A DNA stretch of 64,000 bases from Eledone cirrhosa (lineage: Eukaryota). The stretch covers positions 107,508,001 to 107,572,000 of the forward strand of contig OZ024741.1 in the NCBI GenBank assembly GCA_964016885.1, in the 5' to 3' direction. Below are positions 54,000 through 64,000 of this stretch, piece after piece. Position numbers and translations under genes: made by a program. Within the stretch, counting starts at the first letter, position 1. Each line of letters opens with the position of its first letter. Below the pieces are notes generated by a model. That model was not told the origin of the DNA. It saw only the letters and a program-made list of their open reading frames with translations, and did not search any database.

Positions 54000-56830
54000 C
54001 TATCTTATATATAAAGTGAAGTTGGGCGTTGTTTCTTTGGTGTCCCGAACTTGCAGGCTACACCGTTCATTCGATTTTCTTGAAACTTGACACATGTATA
54101 AAACTGATTGGAACATATATAAAACTGATTGACACATATATAAAATTGATAGGATTGACACATATATAAAATTGGAATAGGCTACTTGAAATTTTCGAAA
54201 AATCGATATTTTCAAAAATCGTCCGATTTTGATGAAACTCGATGCAAGTGTGTATTTTGATCCGGGGATGAACGTGGGCTACATTAAATTAAAAAAAAAC
54301 TCGATAATTGGATCACCAGAGGCAAAAATCGATAGTTACGAAATTTTTCCGATTCCAATGAAATTTGACGCAGGTATGTATTTTGATGTGGGGATCAACG
54401 TGGGGTACTTGATAATCGGACCCCCAGAGGCAAAAATCCGGCAACCGAAAAACGCCATTCTTCTTGCTTCCATTTGTCGCGACTCCCGCTATGCAAAAAA
54501 CGTTCAATCTATCAGGATTATCCACCGTAAGTCTCTTTAAATTAACGCTCACCATATTCAGCAAACCTATTATGCCGATTCTTCCATTTCTTATATAAGG
54601 ACTATCAAAACTATACCGCCGCGCATCATCCTGTATTGCACCCAGTCTTCTCAAGCGATCATCGTGCCTCCATGCGCTCTCTTCATTCCCGTGGTCCCAC
54701 TACCGTAGCATAATGAGGCATCCGTCAACCCCTGCCCTCTCCCTCCCCTGCACGCTGTCGACCCACTGCATCGTTGTGCATCACCATGAGCATCTCTGTC
54801 TTGTCAGCCGCAATTCATTCCCCGGCCCTTTCCATTGCCTGCCTTCCGTGGTCCCTAAGGACTGCCACGGCTCAACATGCCGAATCCCTGCGACCGTCCA
54901 CTCCTGCCTATTTCCATTGCCTACACTCCGGGAGAGCTCAAAACTTCCAGGCCTGACCAAGCCGCATCCCTGCCACCGCCAACCCCTGCCCTCTCCCTTC
55001 CCTGCACGCCGTCGTCCCACTGCATCGTCATGCCTCACCATGCCGCATTACTGCCCTGTCGGCCACCATCCCCTCCTAATCCCTTTCTTTTGCCTGCCCA
55101 CCATGCTCCTTCAAGACTGCCATGCCTAACCAAGCCGCATCCCTGCCACCATCAAGTCCTGCCATCTCCCTTCCCTGCTGGCCGTCGTCCCACTGCATCG
55201 CCATGCCTCACCATGCCACATCCATGCTCTGTCAGCCGCCATGCCCTCCCCTGCCCTCTCCCTTACCCGCACGCCTTGGTCCTTCACGAGTGCCATGGCT
55301 CACCATGCGGAATCCCTGCAACCCTCAATCCCGGCCATCTCCCTTCCCTGCACGCAGTCAACCCACTGCATCGTTATGCCTCACCATGCCGTATCCATGA
55401 TCTGTCAGCCGCCATCCCCTCCTCAGCCTTTTATTTTTCCTGCCCGCCGTGCTCCTTCAAGACTGCCATGCCTAACCAAGCCGCATCCCTGTCACCGTCA
55501 ACCCCTGCCCTCTCCCTTGCCCGCACGCCTTGGTCCCTCACGACTGCCATGGCTCACCATGCTGCATTCCTGCCCTGTCAGCAACTTGTTCAAATATCAT
55601 CAGCATGGTTTATTCCTGCGCCGCACATAACCGCCCATTATTTCAGACCGAAGACAGCACCGAATATGAAGACGATCCTGTGTAAGTCTTTTTACATTCA
55701 TTTTGAACATATTTAACAAAATTAAACAAAAATTCATCCCTTTCTCCTCCAAAGCCTACCGATCATGTATGGCCGATAAACATTCTGCCTTTCACCCGGT
55801 TTTCTCAAACAATCATCGTGCCTCCCGGTGTTCTCTACATTCCCGAGGCGCAACTCAATTGATATGCTGCATACACGCCCTGTCAGCCGCCATGCACCCT
55901 GCCCTTTCGTCATGCCTCATCATGTTGCATCCCTGCCCTGTCAGCCGCCATCCACTCCCCGACCCTTTCCACTGCCTAGGCATGGCAGTCTTGAGGGACC
56001 AATTCGCATCCCTGCCACCATCAATCCCTGCCCTCTCCGTTCCCTGCACGCCGTCGTCCCACTGCATCGTCATGCATCATCATGCCGCATCGATGCTCTG
56101 TCAGCCGCCATCCCCTCCTCGGCCCTTTCTTTTGCCTGCCCGCAGTGCTCCTTCAAAACTGCCATGGCCACCATGCGGCATCCTTGCCACCGTCCACCCC
56201 TGCCCTCATCCTTACCTGCTGGCCGTCGTCCCACTGCATCGTCATGCCTCAGGATGCCGCATCCATGCACTGTCAGCCACCATCCCCTCCTCGGCCCTTT
56301 CTTTTTCCTGACCGCCGTGCTCCTTCAAGACTCCCATGGCTATCTATGCCGCATCAATTCCTTGCCACCCGCTTAAACGACATCAGCATAGCTTATTGTT
56401 GCCCCATTTGACCACCGATTTTCGCAGGCTAAACACAATACCAACGCGCACGATAGTCCATCGTAAATCTTTTTAATTACATGTTCATCATGCTAAGCAA
56501 AGGATGAATAGCAACTCTTTCATTTCTCCTGACATGCCTTTCTGTCAATTATGGCCGAGAAGCATCCTGTGTAGCATTGCGTCTTCTCAAGCGATCAGCG
56601 TGCCTTCCACTGTCCTCACAATTGACACACAACGCCGCATCCAATCCCTGCGACGCCCCTGAACATCATCAGCATGGCTTATTTTTCTGCCGCGTTTAAC
56701 TGGTCCTCATTTTAGACCATAAACAACAAAACCGCTCGATGATGCTTCGTAAGTCTATTGAAATTAATGATCAACATGTTCAGCAAAACAATTGTACCAA
56801 TTCTTCCTCTTCACCTCCAAGGCCTATCCA
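54000..56830 (+). repeat. Complex GC-rich satellite with higher-order spacers, possibly inside a Helitron-like element
   Basis: Degenerate ccctgcc/catgccgcatcc units at 54720-56370; spacer gtaagtct..cagcaaa recurs four times; 5' end TCTATCTTATATATAAAG resembles the Helitron start at 25638. Confidence 0.6.
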
Positions 56831-57634
56831 TTATATCTTAGAGGTCGGGATTCGCAATTTCTACGATTTCAATATTGACACAACTGTCCGTCAGGTTTTT
56901 CGGCACATGTTGCTCCGATAGGAATATCAAAGTGATTTTCACTTAATTCGTAAGTGTTCAGTCTTCCGTATGCTTTTATTTTTTATTGATACAACACCGA
57001 CTACAATCATCTAACTTCATTTTGTAGGCTAGACGCGAAAGGAAAACAATCCTCTGATATACAACCCCACCAAATTCTTTGGTCTACCTAGATTTCAATG
57101 GCTATATCCTTTGCTTTTGTACGGTTGTACATTTGACAATGTAGAAAAACATTATTCCACTTGATTCTTACCTTTCAGCTATGAATGGGGCAGTGCCTTA
57201 AATCCCGGTTTATTTGCGTGCAATTTTTTGGTATCTTATGAATGGAGAATCGCAAACCCTTTTTCTCATAACCTGATACATGCGTTACACATGTTCCATG
57301 GATATTTGTGGACTATTTTTTCCAAAAACCGATAACACAGATTGGAGTACAAAAAGAAACGTTTGTTCTTCATTTATTTCGGTTAAAGAATCCTGCTGGA
57401 ATTTAGCGCAGACCCGTTTAAATCCAGCGCCTTATAACCCCGAGTGTAACCGGATACACCAGCTAGAAAGACAAATGGAAACATTGGTTCCTCGGTCCGA
57501 TTTGACGAAAGTCGATTTAGTTCCACAACAGTTCACGTATTGGTCACGTTTACGGGTCCATTCGATCCTGCACTAGCTAGCTGAAGGCAATATATTTGCC
57601 GGCTGCGGGACTTTATGTCCTATATAAGGGAAAA

Positions 57635-57715
57635 TGCTTTCTGAAGAGCCGGACTATCCAGTGGAAGTCCCTTGGATTTCAAATCTTTTGTGAGGAGAAA
57701 CCGTCGGTAAAAGCA
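57635..57715 (+). ncRNA. Type I hammerhead with an enlarged, branched stem II
   Basis: TGCTTT-CTGAAGA-GCC[GGACT..AGTCC][GATTT c AAATC]..GGA-GAAA-CC gtc GG-TA-AAAGCA. Confidence 0.7.
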
Positions 57716-58275
57716 ATATGGATAGGTAAATATTTAAATTATATTTTTTGAATTTATTTTGAAAGATTGTTTGAATTTTACTTGTTCCGCTTATCTCAAT
57801 TGTATAGTTCTGGTATGTCAAATTAATACCATTGAACAACAACTGTATCATAGACACCATATACATTTCCGAAGGTACTTAGTACCTGTGGGGATATTGA
57901 TCTCATTTTATATATATATAACAAAGGAGGTGTAGTAAGGAACCAGATGGACCATATGGCACCAGAGTACTCAATACTTATGGTAGAAGAGTGGGTAATA
58001 GGAAAATGTTTAACCCCGGCGGCAGAGCTCAAGCCGTTTTGACGGCTATTTAGCCGTCGAAACGGCTTGAGCTCTGCCGTCGGGGTTAAACATTTTCCTA
58101 TATATATATATATGTGAAAACAGGGAGAAAAAGACGATTATTAGGAAGAAAAATATATTTTTTCCCCTTTTTATTTATTTCTTTTTTTCTAGGTTAGAAA
58201 ATGATTAAAACGACATATTTTACTTTGTGTGAAGTGTGTAGGTATTAGTTGATTTATTTATTAATTAACAATGGC

Positions 58276-58352
<77 letters not shown>

Positions 58353-59139
58353 TGTGTGTATGTATGTATGTATATAGATAAGGGCGGAAGAACTCATGAG
58401 AGTCAACGGCCATCCACAAGTGTGTAAATATGTATATACACATGTACATATGTATGTATATGTATATGTGTATATACATGGGTGCATGTGTATATATATG
58501 CGCAGGGACATAACAAAATTCGGTCTGGACACCCGATCGCGCAGTTAAACCACTGGGAGTGAAGGACCCGTAGCCTTTGTCAGGGCATTCTTCTAGGAGA
58601 AGGCAACTCAGAAAACTGGGATAACTCCGATATAAAACCTGCGGCTCAGTAGTTACCGATGACGTTGATCTTTTCTTTTTATCGGGTTATAGCTACTGTC
58701 GCTCAGAGAGTGGGATTGGCTCAGTGCACAGTCTTTCTTCACTTTAAAAAAATATCTTCACGCACAGGCATTGCGCGATAGAATTAATTAATAATTATTA
58801 ATAATGGTATATCGTGCATTGGCCATACTCGATAACGAGGGGGCAGCCATCATATACATATACACCCAATGTGGTGTACTATCATTGCCTTAGTCAGGAG
58901 GGATTAAACAAATTTAAGGAATTACATATTCACAATGAGGGTGTAAACGCATGTACTCAAAAGACATGTAAACCCATTATAGAAGTGTAATTATGTCGAA
59001 AGCACTTGAGTGCGCACAGAACCTCTGCTGAAATAGCTAGCCATGCGTGCTGCAGTTGTTTACAGAGATTTTAGCTAGAGATATTCACGATAAGAATAAA
59101 TATTAACGTCGCAGGAGAATCTTAATATATAGCAAAACA

Positions 59140-59578
59140 CCACCTCACCACTACCATCTCCACAATCACTACTAACACCACCACTACTAACCTCCAGCAC
59201 CTCACCATCACCACCAACAATAATAACAATAACAACAACATTAACACCATTATCACCAGCACCATCACCATTACAACAACCATCATTACCATTAACACCA
59301 GCAACAACACCATCAGCAGTAGCACCACCACCACCAAAACCAGCACCAGCACCAGCAACACCACCATCCCACCACCACTAGCAGCACAACCTCCATCAAA
59401 AACAACAACAAAAATATCATCACTACGAACACCATCACGCCCACCAACTACACCAACAACAACACCATCACCACTACAACAATCATATTGACCATCAACA
59501 CAAACAACAACACCACCAGCAGCAACGCCAATGCCAACAAAGATACCATCACCAGCAGCAACAACAACAACAACAAGA
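59140..59578. repeat. (CAC/CAA/CAT)n low-complexity tract
   Basis: Direct inspection. Confidence 0.9.
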
Positions 59579-59978
59579 AACGAAGCTTTGTGTTTGTGAA
59601 AGTGTCGAAAATAATGTTTGTGTGGGAGGCTAACTACACAATATCACATGAAATGATTTGTGTGGGATATTAATTTCAGTGTATCACATGATATTAGGCT
59701 TATAATATTCAAATATCTTCATATATCATACAACAAACGTATACACATTGAAGCTATTATTGCATACACATACTCTGTACAGCTGACACACCAACTCATA
59801 ATATCACATATGGAGACACGCACACTAAAAAACAAATATATTTGACTTAGTACAAAAGAGCTAATTATACATTTCTTCATACACAAACTGCCACCCACTA
59901 GCACACACACATACGATGTATACATACATACAGATATATATAAATATATATATATATTATTATAAATATATATATAAT

Positions 59979-60041
<63 letters not shown>

Positions 60042-60044
<3 letters not shown>

Positions 60045-60142
60045 GGAGTCCCCCCAAAATGTATACATGCTTCAACTGCATTCTAATAAATATTACCTGT
60101 ACAGGTAATCAAAGTGTGTATACATTTTTCGGGGGCACCCTG
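60042..60142. mobile_element. Tc1/mariner-type MITE, 101 bp
   Basis: TA-CAGGGagtcccccc aaaatgtataca ... tgtatacatttttcgggggcaCCCTG-TA. Confidence 0.75.
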
Positions 60143-60165
60143 TATATATATATGTATTTATAAAT

Positions 60166-60209
<44 letters not shown>

Positions 60210-60699
60210 CTATATATATATATATTTCGTTTTTGTATTTGTTTTGCGAGATTATTTTCTCTGAGAACTCGTGTTGAAACAGATATTATTCTACTTTTGG
60301 GAGTGTCAGGCTGTCAATACAAACACACGCACCTGTTGGGTTTCGCTTCTATTAATCGTAAACTCTCAATGGGTTAGTTAAATAACCAGATGGTTGTTTA
60401 GTTGATTTTCAAAGCTCTTTCACCACACATTCTGTGACCACCTCAGTGACTACTTTTGTTGTATTTTATGTCTCCTTTCTCCTGTCCTACCCCATCTTGT
60501 TGTTGTGAGCGGTGTACTTGGGCTGCGCATGCGTTATATCCGGGTTTGTGCGTGTGTGGGTTTATGTTTGTCTTTATTCATTTATTTATTTATCTATTTT
60601 AATCTATTTATTCGTATATTTAGTTATATGTTTATTTAGATATGTTGTTACTGTCGAACACGCTGGTCAGTTGGACGTCCACCATGTTTATACCATCGA

Positions 60700-62870
60700 T
60701 CTTATCCTGAACATAAAAAAGAAAATCTCTTCTGAACAAAGCCAGCAAGAAAAAGGGAAACATTCTAATACAAGAAATAAATATGATCACTTCATCAAGC
60801 GGAAAAACGGGATATATTAACATTATACAACAAAAAGAAAAATACTTCACACAGAAATGCAACAAACATTTTAGCAAGAAATTAGCGTGGCTCAAAAAAA
60901 AGGAAACTAAGACAAGATAACAGAAGGAAATACCCAGAAAAGGTGTCCATTCCACTGACAGGCGAGTTCAATAGTAACAACACAATCATATATCATGACC
61001 GTCCTACAGCTACCACCAAAATATGCCATATTACCGTTAACAAAAGAACCTGTAACCTATCATAAGCCGATGACTAAATTGAAGCTCAATTTACAATAGC
61101 TAGGGCTAATCTTAGAGAGAATCCGGAGCAGAATGGGGGTCCAGCAACTTGGTGAAAAATCTGCAAATAGCTTATGTAAGCTTATACAGCGCTCCGGAAA
61201 TCGAGATATATTATGCTTTCCAACAGACAAAATATCAGTTAACGGCTTTCTAAACTACATACAGGCAATGCAACCCCACATCATCAACATAAAATAAACA
61301 ATACCTCAAGAGTGTGAGGAAAGGGAAAATGGCTTCAACGCCCACATGATGATGCGGTATAGCATAATGCATCCTAATAAGCATGCAACTAACAACTTCC
61401 AGGCCTGGGACAATGACATATGATGATGTATGAACTTCGAAAGACCACAAAACAAATAGTGACCCAGTTACAGGATCACCAACATGGCCAGTCTGTAGAG
61501 CCAACATTGCCAGCAACTACAGACTCCTACTTCCTTTGCATGATCATACGCCTCATAATTCAAATATCCCCACATATATATGACAGAATCGAAGATCTCT
61601 GCAATATATATCCGGGCCTGACAGGCTGTACAATAGGTAGCTTGGATGTGGTGTATCTACAACTATCCATTGACATTAAATTGTACTAAGGAAAAATGCT
61701 TGGAAATGAATAACGAGAGGGGGGTAGAATTCCGTGGAATTGACACCAGAAAACTGGAACTCCTATTTAGACTTATGCGGGATAATGAATACTTTGATAG
61801 ACATGATCTTAGCAGCCTCTGTCCCAGGAAGAACCAGATCACCTACCATTAACTAAATAGCCAAAAATGTCCGAAAACCACGACCAAGCAAATAAAATGA
61901 TCGCACATGCGGTGGGGGCCAGTATAAAACTAACATAAGTTCAATGGTAAAACATATATCCAAGAGGAGAGGACGGCCATTGGCGCCAGCGTTATTGGCG
62001 ACTAAGCTAAACTTTTAATGATATGATGGCACATGAGACTTAAAGAACATTTAGATGAGAACTCTATAACCCTTACTATGTACCCCCGCTACGTAGATGA
62101 CATCAATATCGTAGTTATATCATCCCCACAGGTGAACAGCTAGGAATTAGAAAGGAACACCATGGAAAGTACCCAGCAAGTAGTTCAGTCTATCTAACAG
62201 AATGTTACGTAGACCACCCAACCAAACATCCCAACCATAGACTACCCGTACTAGGCACAGAACTCAGGTTAGAAGCCCTTAGTAATAAAAAACAAATTCT
62301 CCATTTATATTATGCCAAATCCATGGCCTCCAATTACCTGCTTCACCAAAACTCAGCCATTTCAGATAACATGAAAGTCAACATACTAATTTCAGACTTA
62401 GTATGAGTATTCGTCAATGCAACCCTAGAGGCGAACTAGCATACATATTTGGAAGGGCCCTAGACAAACTTAAATTAAATATTAAGATAGAAGAAAAGCC
62501 AAAGAACTAGTTAGTAGAACACACGCTTTTAAGAACATCCCTGCAGTGATAAAAATATATCGTCTGCAAATTAGGCCCCCAAATTAACTGTAAAACTAGC
62601 AACGTATTATATAAGATGAAGGTAGGATAGTGTAGGAATAGGAACGCGAATTACATAGGAGAAATAGTGTGTAAAAGGAACACTATCGAGAACACCAAAA
62701 GGAAAACAACCTCATCAGTACTCCATCAACATGCTATCAACATGCCAGAATGGAACATCTGAAGGAACAACGAGAAGGAAATCATGTCAACACAGGATAT
62801 CAAGTCCACACATAGAACTGACGCAACACTCCAACGGATTACAGAAGCAACAATTAGTAACTAAGGGTAC
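60700..62870 (+). pseudogene. Heavily decayed PLE ORF of a further lineage
   Basis: IGSLDVVYL..SID, KFNGKTYIQ..TAIGAS, RYVDDINI, RLPVL, YIGE, SVLHQH across many stops and frameshifts. Confidence 0.7.
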
Positions 62871-62991
62871 GATAAAAACATACAGACACACACAAAAACT
62901 AAACTAATAAGGCAAACCAAACAAACACAAATAGAACAAGTAGTCAACAAGTAACAACTAAATAATGTATAATAAAATAATAAATATATTA

Positions 62992-63515
62992 TCTATATAT
63001 ATAAAGCTGTGGTTGTCTGTCTGTCTATCGATTTTTAGCACACATCTCTTAGAATCTCTGACGGAATTGCACCGAAATTGCTATACTTGTACATTGAGCC
63101 CTAGCGAAGACATCGGAAAAAACATATTTCAAATTGACCCACCCTATGTGACGAAATCGAATCTAATGTATCGATTTTTGAGCGTAAGTGACGAGTTATT
63201 TCCCTTTGTTCTGTTTAGATTGAGCGCCTTACGTTGTTTTTCTCTGCGTTGCAGTGTTTACATTTTCGATCTTTGTTAATAAATAACCAGTGCAGTTTTT
63301 ATCCCCAGCATCCTCTTTTGTTATAACATTCGGGTTATCGTTATGTTTTCTTAACTTCATAAGGCATATTGTTGGTTGAGGGAATATTAATCAAAAACAC
63401 CACATGCAAGTCTGCACAGTAGACACTACAGTTTTTAAGCCAAAAAAGAAACTTAACATTGTAACTTTAACACAGCTACTGAGCGACCCCGAGCAACGCC
63501 GGGCTTTACTGCTAG
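62992..63515 (+). mobile_element. Non-autonomous Helitron, shorter copy
   Basis: A^TC...hairpin-CTAG^T; highly similar to 25638-26550 but lacks ~390 bp. Confidence 0.9.
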
Positions 63516-63566
63516 TAATAGATAAATAAATGAAGACACACACAAATACATATATATATGCACACA

Positions 63567-63633
<67 letters not shown>

Positions 63634-64000
63634 GTGCAGAGGCTATGTTTAATTTGTTGGGATTCAACAAGCTTAAACATTTTTTTATAACTGATATAAA
63701 GCACTCAACAATTTAGTGGAGTAAATATACAATATATTAACAAATGGAAACTATATTTATAAAACCATATTTATTCTATTATACATATTTCAAGGGCCAC
63801 CAAGGCAAATTATGGTGCGCTTTCATAAGATTAAATATAAGTTTTTTTTCCTACGTTAGGCACAAGGCCAGCAATTAACCAGTGTATTACTGGTACTTTA
63901 TTTTATCGACCCTGTAAGGATGAAAGGCAAAGTTAACCTCGGCGGGATTTGAACAGATTAGTTTTATAAATAAATATTGACATACCATATCCAGGAAGCT

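Noticed and set aside
54713-56411. Long Pro/Cys/His-rich ORFs
   Set aside because: Several frames are open at once because the satellite is stop-poor; no domain motifs
59122-59367. Hydrophobic V/L/M ORF
   Set aside because: Antisense translation of a trinucleotide low-complexity tract

Overview
Eukaryotic, AT-rich, microsatellite-saturated DNA. The (TA)n/(CA)n load and the SINE types suggest a cephalopod (Octopus-like), which is an inference. There is no confident host gene, only one candidate 80-bp exon. Most ORF-track entries are translations of dinucleotide repeats. The window is dominated by Penelope-like retroelements (PLEs) sitting in (TA)n tracts: one apparently intact two-ORF element (about 4214-9496), a truncated relative, two Naiad-type copies, one decayed PLE and many non-coding derivatives. 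It also holds Tx1/L1-like, CRE-like and RTE-like LINE remnants, tRNA-SINEs, non-autonomous Helitrons and MITEs. The most notable signals are: (1) hammerhead ribozyme (HHR) motifs, including a covarying UUGAAAA (U3-A8) core shared by two PLE families; (2) about ten head-to-head fold-back insertions, most with both 3' ends in (TA)n; (3) a U6 snRNA/retroposon-tail chimera inserted into a GIY-YIG motif; (4) ORF1/ORF2 junctions carrying splice-like or slippery signals.
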